64,000 nt of DNA from Octopus vulgaris (GCA_951406725.2 OX597831.1:24986001-25050000); one strand, 5' to 3'. Numbered from the stretch's first letter, positions 38,917 through 50,972 are shown. The notes: generated from the sequence alone by a model not told the origin. Made by a program: numbers and translations.

Positions 38917-39312
38917 CTAGCAGTATCACCCTTCGTTACTAGTGTTTGTTTCGACCCTTTAGAATTGGAATTTTTGAAAAGAAAAAAATTTGCATTATGT
39001 AGCTTGTTATTCTCTTTAAGTGAACATTTTTCTTGTTGAAATACACCGAAAAATGGCGACATGGCAGTCAAAATATCGTAAAAAATAGGAATTTTCATAG
39101 AAAAAAAGCACCTTTTAATGAAAAATAATTTTTGGTTTTAACATGGTTTGATTTGAATTTTTTCTTCCACGGAAGGAAGAGCAAGCCTTCTTCTATCATA
39201 CTCTCAATTTTGGTCAACTTACACCGCAGGGTCTCAGAGGAGATAGTGTTAGTTGAAGGCTACCAAACCTGCCAGACACACACAGACAACTTCAGCTTTA
39301 TATAGAGAGAGA
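38917..39312 (-). mobile_element. Full-length non-autonomous Helitron (~396 bp)
   Basis: Minus strand reads A|TC...CTAG|T with no TSD and a decayed subterminal hairpin; second copy at 14128. Confidence 0.88.
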
Positions 39313-39329
39313 TTGAGCCTGCTTCATTG

Positions 39330-39590
39330 AATATGTGATAGACCTGGGAATCATAAAAAATCAGGGTTTGGTATAAAAGATATAAGCTGTATTGTGCAAG
39401 TGAGGCCATTGTCCTATTATAGGCATGCAGGATGACAGTTGCATAAAGAAGTGATGATGAATCCAGCTAGAAGGAATCTGCAAAAGAGGAATACTGAGGA
39501 AGATAAAGGCAGAAGAGTAGTAAAAACTGACCTCTAGCTGTCGAGCCTCTTGAAGGTCACAGGTAATAAAGGACTTCAACAAGTATTGAA
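39330..39590 (+). mobile_element. Decayed RTE-type LINE 3' end
   Basis: gatgacagttgcataaagaag...gaaggaatctgcaaaagaggaatactgaggaaga...gtagtaaaaactgacct resembles RTE D.CIKK..EG...RGRPRK...VK.DL. Confidence 0.55.
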
Positions 39591-39615
39591 AAGCTGTTAT
39601 AAGACAGGGTGCTGT

Positions 39616-39845
39616 TTATTTATTACTCAGAAGAGGTTAAACATAGAGAGGACAAACAAGGACAGACAAATGGATTAAGTCGATTATATCGACTCCAGTG
39701 CATAACTGGTACTTATTTAATCGACCCCGAAAGGATGAAAGTCAAAGTTGATGTTGGCAGAATTTGAACTCAGAATGTAAAGACAGAGGAAATACTGATA
39801 GGCATTTCACCCGGCATGCTAATGATTCTGCCAGCTCGCTGCCTT
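39616..39845 (-). mobile_element. SINE family B (tail type a) with 12-bp TSD
   Basis: AAGACAGGGTGC at 39601-39612 and 39847-39858. Confidence 0.9.
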
Positions 39846-41049
39846 AAAGACAGGGTGCACGTGTGCATAGAAAAACTGGTGTAAAATGATGATAGTTGAT
39901 GATGACATTGGTATTGCTGTCCCAGCGAATGACAATATTGTATCAAGAACTATATTATCTCATGTTTAATGTTTCTTTTTCAGACAATAAGGTATGAACT
40001 AAGTGAAGTTGGTGGTTTATTGAGCGGGTTGTGCTATTGTATGAAAACACTCCTAAGTTGGCTTAGGATTTTTAAGATTCATTTTGTCAGTGTAGATAGA
40101 TGTTCGATAGGTATCAAAGATAACTTAATTGAAAACATTCCTTTTACTTTTAAATATTTGATGTTGTACCAAAATGAAAAACTGACAAATGATTAAACAG
40201 AGTCCATAGTTAATAGAGTGCTAAAATAGATGTTTTATCATAATTACTTAAAATTTGTTAAAATCCCAGGAAGGACAGCATTACCTTGTGGTATTTAATT
40301 ACTTCTCTTCACTATCTGAGTTCAAATTCCACTAAGGCAAACTTTACCCTTCATCCTTCTAGAGTTAGTAGTGAAAAATACCAGCTGAGCACATCCAATC
40401 AATATCCTTCCTCAAAGAGGTGTGGCCTTGTTTCTCAGTTTGAACTCAACATTTGAGAAAATATGAACCCTCTCTCTACAAACAAGAAACAATTAAAATT
40501 CTTAATACTGGTAAATCAACAGAAAAACAAGGAAGAAAATATTTATCTATCTATCTATTTACTTATGTATTTATTAGCTGCAAGCTAACAAAATTGTCCA
40601 AAATAATTTTAATCCAGCCTCTTAGTAATATCCATTAGGATTAGTGAATAAACAAATACATTTTTGTCAAATATGGTCCGTTAAGTAAAGAGACAAAAAT
40701 ATATGGTGAGTATATATTCAGTCAAATATACTTATCTAATGCAAATATAATAATGAACATAAAATCTTCATATGTGTGTATATACATAAATGCATACATA
40801 CATGCATATACGTATATATGTGTGTGTATGTGTGAGAAATCCAAATAAGAAGAAGACAAAAGAAATTTTTTAACAGAACTTTAATGATTTGCTACTATTT
40901 TTTCTGTACGAATTGTGCTTGCAATTCCAATTTATGCAAAAATTCGAAGGGAAAATTTATGTAATGTTTGCAGTTTTACACATTAGAGTGGTGCATCATC
41001 AGACTTACATTAAAGGTGTGCACTATCAAATTGTGCATCTTCCAGACAT

Positions 41050-41075
<26 letters not shown>

Positions 41076-41085
<10 letters not shown>

Positions 41086-41183
41086 CAGTGTACATTAAGT
41101 GTACTTTAACTTTTCTTTCTAGCGTAAAGGATTCCTATGATGGAAGCCTCTTAATGTGTTTTAATGTACACTGTATTTTATAT
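41076..41183. repeat. Small foldback with perfect 23-bp arms
   Basis: atataaaatacagtgtacattaa (41076-41098) / ttaatgtacactgtattttatat (41161-41183). Confidence 0.88.
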
Positions 41184-41282
41184 GAATAATATATAGTCTA
41201 TTGACTAACTTTTTTTATGCTAGGCCACTGGTAGTAAAAATTTCTAAAATTTTTATTACCATAATATTATTAATTAAATATG

Positions 41283-41353
<71 letters not shown>

Positions 41354-41696
41354 CGTTGCTGTTATGCAAAAGTGTTGTAAGTCCAAAACGTTGCTTTTTT
41401 CAGAAAACAAAAAAATAGTTTCACAATTCAGTAGCAAAACCATTGTACTACACCTCATAATTTTTGATATCTTGGCATAAGAAACAGCTGGAGATACGAT
41501 AGTTTGACAAAAGAACAGGCTATTGCACGCAAAAATTTTTTTAAATTTATATTTATCTGTATGACCAAATTTGGACATACAACAGTTTAACATAATACCA
41601 ACAATACAGTAGTACCATAGTAAATGAATATGAGAAAAACAGGAGATGAAGCACGATTTATTTATTATCAGAGGTGTTTGAAAACTGAGCTACTGT

Positions 41697-41801
<105 letters not shown>

Positions 41802-41997
41802 ACACATGTAGTCTATTTGCTAATCATATACTATATATTTAGTATTTAGTACTTTATTTAGTTTTTGGTAAATGTTTTATGATATCTTTAATTTTTTTCT
41901 ATATGGTATGATTTAAGTATATCATTGTTGAATTGCTACATGGTGGTTCTTCTCTAATTTATATACATGTTTATATATATATATATATAGATACTAT

Positions 41998-42054
<57 letters not shown>

Positions 42055-42090
42055 TAGATAGATAGATATTACAGGTACATAGATATGTAC

Positions 42091-42121
<31 letters not shown>

Positions 42122-42140
42122 TTATTATATAGAAGGAGTT

Positions 42141-42229
42141 TACAGACTAGAACTGTTTATTCAAGAGAAATCTTCAGGAAGCTCAGTGCTTCCTGAAGAT
42201 TTCTCTTGATTAAACAGTTCTAGTCTGTA
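42141..42229. repeat. 42-bp-stem hairpin with 5-nt loop and 1 mismatch
   Basis: tacagactagaactgtttattcaagagaaatcttcaggaagc-tcagt-gcttcctgaagatttctcttgattaaacagttctagtctgta. Confidence 0.95.
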
Positions 42230-42412
42230 GCTATGTATTGAGTAGTGGTTAACCCCGAGACCTACATATATATATATATATATATATATATAAAGAGAGA
42301 GAGAGAGAGATAGATAGAGAGAGAGATACATACATTCATGCATACATATACACACAAATAGGAAAATAGATAAATATGTGTATATCTATCTGTGTGTGTA
42401 AATATCCTTTTG

Positions 42413-42778
42413 TTCTTTTATTCTTTTACTCGTTTAAGTCCTTTGACTACTGCCATGCTGGAGCACCATCTTGAAGAATTCTAGTCAAATCAACTCAACC
42501 CCACAACTGAATTTTTAAGCGTACTACTTATTCTATCAGTCACTTTCACCAAACTGCTAAGTTATGCAGATGTAAACACACCAACACTATTTGTCAAGTG
42601 GTGATGAAGGGACAAACACACACATACAATAGGCTTCTTTCAGTTTCTATCTTCCAGATACACTCACAAGGCTTTGGTCGGCCTGAGGCTATAGTAGAAG
42701 TCACTCTCCCAAGTGCCACATAGTGAGACTGAACCCAGAACTATGTGGTTGAGAAGCAAGCTTCTTACCACGCAGCCA
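42413..42778 (-). mobile_element. Older, diverged SINE-A
   Basis: Collinear with family A, with many substitutions. Confidence 0.85.
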
Positions 42779-42851
42779 TTCATATAAATACATAATATAT
42801 TTACACACACACACATATATATATAGAGTGAGAGATGTGTGTGTATGTGTC

Positions 42852-42895
<44 letters not shown>

Positions 42896-43464
42896 ACACA
42901 CACACGCACACTAATGCAGGCATACATTGAAAGAAAGAATTATATAGGCTTAGCTGTGTGTCTAAGAAGTCTTTTTTCCCAACCAAGGGATTTGGGGTGC
43001 ATTGCTATTGCATGGCTCCTTGGACAAGGTTCTTCTAATGTAGTGCCACTTATATACATATACTTGTGTGAGACTATGATTGGACAACATGTATTATTTT
43101 TAAACAAGCATCATAATAAACAAGAAGAGTTGCTTGATTGCAATCATCCTTAAAAAACATGTTCACTTTTTCTTTTTGTGTTCACAGATCAAAAGAAAAT
43201 GGTATTTATTCAAAATTGTTATAAAACAGCAACTGCTCAAGATCAATGTTTATCTTACATAATACACACATATATCCACATATATATATGTGTATTGAAG
43301 CATGTCCCATCTCTCTCTATGTCACTCATTCTTTCTCTCCCTCTCTCTCTCATTCATTCTCTCTCTCTCTCCCTTTTTCTCTCTCTCACTCTCTTTATAT
43401 ATATATACATTTATGACTTTATGTTGCAAGATTCCTGATGTGAAACCATGTGTTGAAACAGTTA

Positions 43465-43882
43465 TTGTTATATTTCGGGATGGTCATTTTTTCTTTTTGC
43501 CAAATAACCACATGCACTATATATTCGGAGAGTTTATGAAAAAAACAACAAAAGACGAAGACGGGTGGTGTACAAAACAAACAAATGTATTAGTATAATG
43601 CTCAGGAATATAAAAAGTCTTTTACGTTTCGAGCCTATGCTCTTCTACAGAAAGGGACACAGAAAAAAAAAACAAGGAGAGAAAAAAATGTGTGTAGTGG
43701 TTAACAATCTATAATGGCTTGTTCTTCACTCATTTATTACTGTTCTCTTTCTAACTTATGCCCACTGTCCCGACACTGGTCATGAATTAGAATAAGGACA
43801 GTAATAAGCAAGTAAAGAACAAATATATAGTGCATGTGTTTATTTAGCAAAAAAAAAAAAAAATGTGACCATCATGAAATAC

Positions 43883-43885
<3 letters not shown>
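43465..43885. mobile_element. Foldback MITE interrupted by a ~195-bp Penelope-like insert (43527-43721)
   Basis: The left arm resumes (ttcttcactcatttatt) after the insert; the right arm 43785-43885 is its reverse complement. Confidence 0.78.
43619..43654 (-). ncRNA. Minimal type I hammerhead-ribozyme-like motif (variant core)
   Basis: cttt-CTGTAGA-a-gagc(atag)gctc-GAAA-cg-TA-aaag; A6 replaced by U. Confidence 0.5.
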
Positions 43886-43919
<34 letters not shown>

Positions 43920-43920
<1 letters not shown>

Positions 43921-44300
43921 CACTCAGCCCACTTTATGGGGTGATCATCATTTGGAAGTGCATGCAGCCATACAATCCATACCAAAACAGACACAGTAGT
44001 CTGGTGTAGTCTTCTACCTGGCTACTTCTTGTCAAACTGTCCAATCCATCCTAGCATGGAAGGCAGTTTGGCAAAAGGGACTGATATGATAAGTACTAGG
44101 CTTAAAAAGAACAAGTCTTGGAGTTGCTTTCTTTGACTAAGACTGGCCACAAACAAATGACTGAAACATGTAAAAGAATAAAAAAATATCTATGTCCATA
44201 CATGATGGACTTTGTTCAGTTTCTATCTACTAGAGCCACTTATATGGATTTGGTCGGCCTGAGGCTATATTGTACAACACACTTGCCCAAGGTGCCGCAG
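43920..44300. mobile_element. Cluster of degenerate family C (+), SINE-A 3' (+, 44067-44185) and SINE-A 5' (-, 44203-44300) fragments
   Basis: Recognisable family motifs. Confidence 0.7.
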
Positions 44301-45029
44301 TTATTTTTACTTGTATAATATTTCTACTCAGCTCTGGACCTGGATGATGTCATCGGAGTTTATTATCAGATATTTTATACCATTTGAAAGAGAGCAATCT
44401 ATGTTTATGAAAAATTATCTTATTCCATATTTATTGGATTAAATGAACAGATTTATTGTATATACAAATGGATGTACTTACCAAAAAAAAAAAAAAAATC
44501 ATACGCACTGTGTACACACACATGCTTGTACACACACACACATATACACACATGTGCACAAGCCATAATACGGGAATGAAAAAATATTATTAAGAAGAAT
44601 AAATAAGATATAACTGCATCATTGCTATTTTCCTTTTTCAGAAATTCCCCCTGTAGAATATCACAGAAAAATATAGTTTTCTTTCATATACTTTAAATTA
44701 TGAAGAACTATAATGAAATGAAAGAAAAAAATGAATATGCCAAACAACTTATGTAAAGAATTCAAAGGAATATCCAAGTTATTTGTATTTTTGTTTTTCA
44801 TCCTAATAATTCAAAAGATGACATTAATTCTAGAGTAGCATCCCTTCCCCAGAGTTCTGTCTCAGTAGCAGAACTAAAGAATTGTAGCTTTACTACATTG
44901 AGTTCATTCTTTACCATTTATTAGATTCTGATGGATAGCATGAGATGTGTAGACAAGATTGTGCAACAAGAGATATCATAACAATTTCTTCCTAAAAGCC
45001 ATCATCATTTTCATTATTATTGCTTTCTT

Positions 45030-45243
45030 AAGGCAGCGAGCTAGCAGAATCATTGGCATATCAGGCAAAAGGCATAGTGGCATTTTGTCCCTCTTTGTTT
45101 TGTGGTTCAAATTCAGCCGAAGTCTGCTTTGCCATCCATCCATTCAGGGTCGATAAAATATGTACCATTTGAGCACTGGGGTTGATTTAACCAACTTCTT
45201 CTTTCCCCAGAAATTGCTGGCTTGTGCCAAACTTTGAACCATT
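45030..45243 (+). mobile_element. SINE family B (tail type b) ending in (ATT)n
   Basis: aggcagcgagctagcagaatc...gcttgtgccaaactttgaaccatt. Confidence 0.85.
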
Positions 45244-45247
45244 ATTA

Positions 45248-45300
<53 letters not shown>

Positions 45301-45785
45301 GAGTGAGAGAGCAGTGCATGCCATCAAAGTGATACTGGGGTAAAATATACCAAGCCCCGTATACCCATCATGATTACCCGTCTGGTAAGGGTACACTAGG
45401 CACATGCATCACAACCATATGTGCACGACATGGTGATCTCATATCAAGATAAACAGCACATGACCTTGCAGGTGGAGCCCAGTTAGAATTTTCGTCTGGT
45501 TGAGTAGCCCATCCTGCTCAAATGGTCCCTGAATAAGGATTGTTTAAGGGTGTTGAATGAACCACCGTTTCCAAAGGTGAATTATCCAAACCTCTGAGAA
45601 TTCCTTTCAACACACAGCTATGATGCTACCCCACTACTTCTGCTCATGATCAGAGATGCACATATCGTCAGCCACTAAGGGACATGGCCAACTGGTTATG
45701 GTCAAACAGCTGACAAGCAAATCTGTGGTATTGAGCAGAATATTTGCTGTAGCCCATCTTTTATACCAAGACAAAACAATGTACA

Positions 45786-45786
<1 letters not shown>
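45301..45786. mobile_element. ~485-bp unclassified element inserted within (TTA)n
   Basis: GC-richer block bounded by (TTA)n at 45241-45300 and 45787-45849. Confidence 0.65.
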
Positions 45787-45850
<64 letters not shown>

Positions 45851-45857
45851 AAAATAA

Positions 45858-46427
45858 TAAGGAAGAGCCATTTTCATCGTACTTGTGGTTATGGCAAAAG
45901 AATGTACATGGTGGACGTCTCTGAAAGGTCTAGAGACAAATACTTTCCTCTCTGGTCAATCTCTCATCAACTTCTTCAAGTATCACTTGAAGAGGAAGGT
46001 GGGAGTAGAGAGGGAAGTTTTGTCTAGTGAATGTTTCAAAAAAAGATGGGTGAATGTAGCAAGGATGGCACGTGTGAATGACAGAACCAGTTTGAGCATA
46101 ATCCTATGACCCCCCCCCAAAAAAAAAAGGAAAGGAAAAAAGGCAGCCACTTACTGTAATGTGTTTTCTTTTTGCATGACACTATTTCCCAAGGTTCCCA
46201 TGGTCTTTTCTATCCACGGAGAAACCTAATCTGTTTTCTCTTTTTACATTGACATTTCTGTGATACACGATCCCTATTGATCGTCCCCACCTTTTTTTTT
46301 TCCATTTTTCACGATCCCTTTTCATCAGAATCCGCCCCTTTTTTTTTCTTCTTTTCTTCCCAAAAAGAAAAGCTCTACTTTGTATTTTGTCCCTTCTGTG
46401 TTCAGCCCTGCATGGCCAATAAAAAAA
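45858..46427 (+). mobile_element. Tx1/L1-like LINE 3' fragment (ORF2 C-terminus, 3'UTR, AATAAA)
   Basis: ORF 45885-46109 AKECTWW...FFKYHLKRKVGVERE...FKKRW; AATAAA at 46418; second copy at 59061. Confidence 0.72.
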
Positions 46428-46609
46428 TCTATTACTATTTATTTTCTGACTATTTTTATGCTTTTAAGCTTTTAATGCTATTATTTTAATGATTTGTCTG
46501 ACACGAGACTATATCAGCATTTTTGTGGTTAATTTTCCTCCCTCTCCACCCTTACATTCTTGACAAATTTTTTAGTCTAAGTCCAGTATACATACATACA
46601 TATATATAT

Positions 46610-46895
46610 ATATAAGAATTTTTTGGATAATAAGATAAAAAAACCAAGGCTATATAGATATTAGAGCATTTATATATAGAGGGTCTTACATCTATTTTCT
46701 TTCCTCCACCTCACTCTCTACTTGTATCACATCAAAACTAACTATGACTTAATTTTTCCTCTCACACCGTCTCCGATGACAGGATATTATTAATTAATAT
46801 CCTAGAAACAGCTGTAAGACCTTCGATATATAAATGCTCTAATATCTATATAATCTTGGTTTTTTTCATCTTACTACGCAAAAAATTCTTATATA
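46610..46895. mobile_element. Penelope-like foldback: ~88-bp inverted arms around a ~105-bp spacer
   Basis: 46610-46700 is the reverse complement of 46803-46895 with scattered mismatches. Confidence 0.85.
46769..46820 (+). ncRNA. Minimal type I hammerhead-ribozyme-like motif (variant core)
   Basis: gtct-CCGATGA-c-aggatatta(ttaat)taatatcct-a-GAAA-cagctg-TA-agac; U4 replaced by C, C/A mismatch at the base of stem II. Confidence 0.6.
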
Positions 46896-47751
46896 CACAA
46901 GCTGACATAGAACAAACTTTGAACCCTTTATTCGCAATATTACCGAATCTGGAACTTAACTATGGTCTGTCTATAGCACTTATTCAGCATTACCTGACAC
47001 CTTTGGGTCTCAATAACACCACTATCTCTTATATATGTATATGTCTATATAATTATTTGCAGAATCCAATAGGTTTAAAGTATTTTAATAATACAGACAA
47101 CAAGGTAGAGTCTATACTCCTTGTGTGAAAAAGTCCATAATGTTGAATTTTATTTTAATTCACCAGCAGAGAAAACATTTTCTTTGCATGATGTAATTGA
47201 TTTGTTTATTAATAACAAACACATCTGAAACAGCTGTAACGAACCTCAACCCACATATGTTAATTTACATACATACATATATATATGTGTATGTGTGAGT
47301 GTGTTTAGAGGGATATATTATCCAGGTAGATACCGTAGTAGCTCTAAGCTATGTTCCAGGTTACAGCTACTTTGACTTCTGCCAGCAACTGTTACAAAGC
47401 CAACGTCAACCATACAATTTTAGCAGCAGAGTGGATTTGAAATTCAAACTAACCTCCCCTCCTTTCCTCCTGAACCCTAACTAATAAACAACTAACTGAA
47501 TTCATTTCACTTTGAGCACCAAGCTGGTTGAAAGACCCTGAAGAAAGTGGCAGAGAAAATTTATATCTGGTTGCATATGCAACTGCTCACACATTGCAGC
47601 AGAGACATGTGTAGGTTGCTGTCACCATAAAAATACATTGCATGACATACTGAAGAATTCAAAGAAATAATTTGTGGGGATGTACTAGGCTCCATATTCT
47701 CTATTGTGTGTATATATATATATATACATGTGTGTATATATATATATATAT

Positions 47752-48160
47752 GTGGCTGTGTGGTAAGTAGCTTGCTAACCAACCACATGGTTCCGGGTTC
47801 AGTCCCACTGCGTAGCATTTTGGGCAAGTGTCTTCTGCTATAGCCCTGGGCTAACCAATGCCTTGTGAGTGGATTTGGTAGATGGAAACTGAAAGAAGCC
47901 TGTCGTATATATGTATATATATATGTATGTGTGTGTGTTTGTGTGTCTGTGTTTGTCCCCCTAGCATTGCTTGACAACCGATGCTGGCGTGTTTGTGTCC
48001 CCGTCACTTAGCGGTTCGGCAAAAGAGACAGATAGAATAAGTACTGGGCTTACAAAGAATAAGTCCCGGGGTCGAGTTGCTCGACTAAAGGCGGTGCTCC
48101 AGCATGGCCGCAGTCAAATGACTGAAACAAGTAAAAGAGTAAAAGAGTAAAGAGTAAAGA
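47752..48160 (+). mobile_element. SINE family A in (TA)n
   Basis: Near full length with a long tail. Confidence 0.93.
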
Positions 48161-48397
48161 TATATATATATATACAATTGAAACATTTCTGTCACATCCT
48201 GGGACCTTGAAGACTGCTTAAATGCAAGAAAGTATACTAGTCCCTTAATATTTGATATTCAATATTTCATCTATTCAGTAAGACAATCAATACTTCATTT
48301 CATTTTACTATTTATACTATATATTCTATATTCTACATTAATATTATAAAGAATATAAATAAAACATAAAAAAACAGACAGAGTTGGAATTCCTTTG

Positions 48398-48457
<60 letters not shown>

Positions 48458-48986
48458 TCTTGTCATGAACAACAATTAAAGTGTTCAGTAACATAAAGTG
48501 TTTATCATGTTCTTTAGACATGAATGTGTCTCTTGAGGCCTGCTAGTGGAACAAGTTGAGGACTCAGCTTGAGTACTTGTGGATCATGTTTTCTTGAGTG
48601 GACAGTAAAACCTGTTTTGCTTTTGAGTCATGAAACCACAATGACAGGTAAGGTTTCCATTTAGAGGAGCTGTGTTTTGCTTGCATGAAGTTCTTTGAAC
48701 TGAGAAAAAGCAGGACTGATGCCTGGTCTGGTGTTCTAATGCTTTGTTTTCCCAGGAAGAAAGGGGACTGTCACATCAACTCAAATTGCCTTTTAGTTGA
48801 TGACTGTATCCATATGACACAATCATCAACTTAGAGCATCAATATGGCATACCACTTTAAACCCATTTTAAAGAGGAAAGGTTAATCCAAGACAAGAAGG
48901 GGTCTTTTCAGTCTTTTTGAGAACAAACCACTCTAATACTCTTGGTTTGAATCACACACAGTGTTTTATGGCTTGTTTTACTTTAT

Positions 48987-49216
48987 TTAACCCTTTCGTT
49001 ACCAACCTGGCTGAAACCAGCTCTGGCACTGTTGTACAAATGTCTTATTTTCTTAAGATTTTAATTAAAATCTTCCAACAAACCTTGGTCATGATTTATG
49101 TTCTTAACACTAGCTTAATGATAACTAAGTTATTTTACTAAATTCTTTGTTTATATTTAAAGTAATTGAAAGATACACAGAGCATCTCAAAATAAATACA
49201 ATAATGAAAGGGTTAA
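48987..49216 (+). mobile_element. Second piggyBac-type MITE family
   Basis: TTAA|CCCTTTCGTTA ... TAATGAAAGGG|TTAA. Confidence 0.85.
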
Positions 49217-49671
49217 GCAAAGAATGATTGTCAACAATACAGGATACAGGGGTAGATAAAGCCGTAAAGCTGTGTAGCTGTATAAAGCCAGCTATTTTAG
49301 AATGAAATTTATCGGAAGAAAAAATATTGAAACATGTTTATTTAAAACATGATAATTTTAGTTACATTAGACAAACCAATAATATTGTTATAACAGCTCC
49401 TAAAATAAATCATTAGTATTATTGGCTTATTTATTCAGATGAGAAATTTTTACTTTATTACAAAGACTTATATAAAATAAATTTTTGTCACAAGATGAAG
49501 AATTGTAAATTAGTGTTTACCAAGTTCTGTAAATAGTTACAGCACTATGGATTAAAGTGTGTTTATATATTTATATGCACACACACATATATATAAATAT
49601 GTGTGTGTGTGATATATATATGTAAGATATATATATACTTAATGAGTTATATATATATGTGTAATAGATAT

Positions 49672-49715
<44 letters not shown>

Positions 49716-49750
49716 TATAAGAGCACCATATATGGTATATATATATATGT

Positions 49751-50078
49751 TAGAGCACTAAGAGCACCATCCGATCATGATCCCTGGCAGAGAAGCTTAC
49801 TGGCTTCCATGCCAGTGGCACGTAAAAAGCACCATTCAAACGTGATTGTTACCAGTGTCACCTTACACGCACTTGTACCAGTGGCATGTGAAAAACATTC
49901 GAGCGAGGTTGTTCCCAGTGCCGCTGGACTGGCTCCTGTGCAGGTGGCATGTAAAAACACCATTTGAACGTTGTAGTTGCCAGTATCACCTGACTTGCCC
50001 TCATGCCGGTGGCACGTAAAAGCCCCCACTATACTCTATAGTGGTTGGCATTAGGAAGGGCATCCAGCTGTATATATA

Positions 50079-50125
<47 letters not shown>

Positions 50126-50170
50126 CATCATCATCATCATCATCATTTAGCATCCGTTTTCCATGCTAGT
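49751..50170. mobile_element. Family C element (+, 49751-50070) broken at (TA)n, with its 3' tip inverted (-, 50124-50170)
   Basis: ~5 units, ends at catccagctg|tatata; then catcatcatttagcatccgttttccatgctag. Confidence 0.85.
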
Positions 50171-50201
50171 TTTAAATCTTTTATACATATATGTATATAC
50201 A

Positions 50202-50243
<42 letters not shown>

Positions 50244-50910
50244 GTTGTAATGATGAGTTACTACTAAATTAAACTAAAATTAGATTACCCTTGTATGTTC
50301 TATTCAAGCAAAACTAATTAGTGACCAGATGGCAAATAGTTTAAAAGACATAAAAGAAATGATAAATGGATAATGAAAAGACAAATTATAAACATAAGCA
50401 TTTTGTTATTGATTGCTTACTAAAATAACCAAACTTTGAATTTGTAATCCACTTTGGCTTTACATCTTTTATCAAATTACCAATGAAAATTTTTTGAATT
50501 CAAAAATAATGAGACTTAGTTTCTTGATCTTTAATTCCTGTTTTTAAAACAAAAAGTAAATTTTATGGTTTTAGGACTCTCACAACACCTTCCTTCTTCA
50601 AAGCATCCTTCGTTTTCACCACTACAAGGGTACGCTTTATAATTCAGCCTATAGTTGTTATTTCGTATCTTTTCATTTGATCTCCCTCTGCTATTAATCT
50701 GAGGTGTCCCCGGTTTAAGGAACCAGTGTGGTAAAACTTTAAAACTACTGCCAACTTTTTCAGCAAGACACATAGTTGGTGGGGGAGGGACGGACATGGA
50801 GACACACACACACACACTTTCTTTCTCTCTCTCCCTCTCTCCAGCAATGTACATTTTTTACTTACAATGAATAAGCATTACCTGATGTAGAACTTCATGT
50901 AAAATGTTGA

Positions 50911-50972
<62 letters not shown>

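Noticed and set aside
48518-48760. Plus-strand exon, ~108-bp intron (gtaagg...ttctaat..ttcccag), exon pattern
   Set aside because: All frames stop early, and the opposite strand weakly resembles a decayed RTE 3' end (LKSKTGFTVHSRKH); there is no supporting evidence for either reading.
50531-50854. 107-aa minus-strand ORF and a short plus-strand exon-like segment
   Set aside because: No recognisable domain, and the ORF starts in GA/GT microsatellite.
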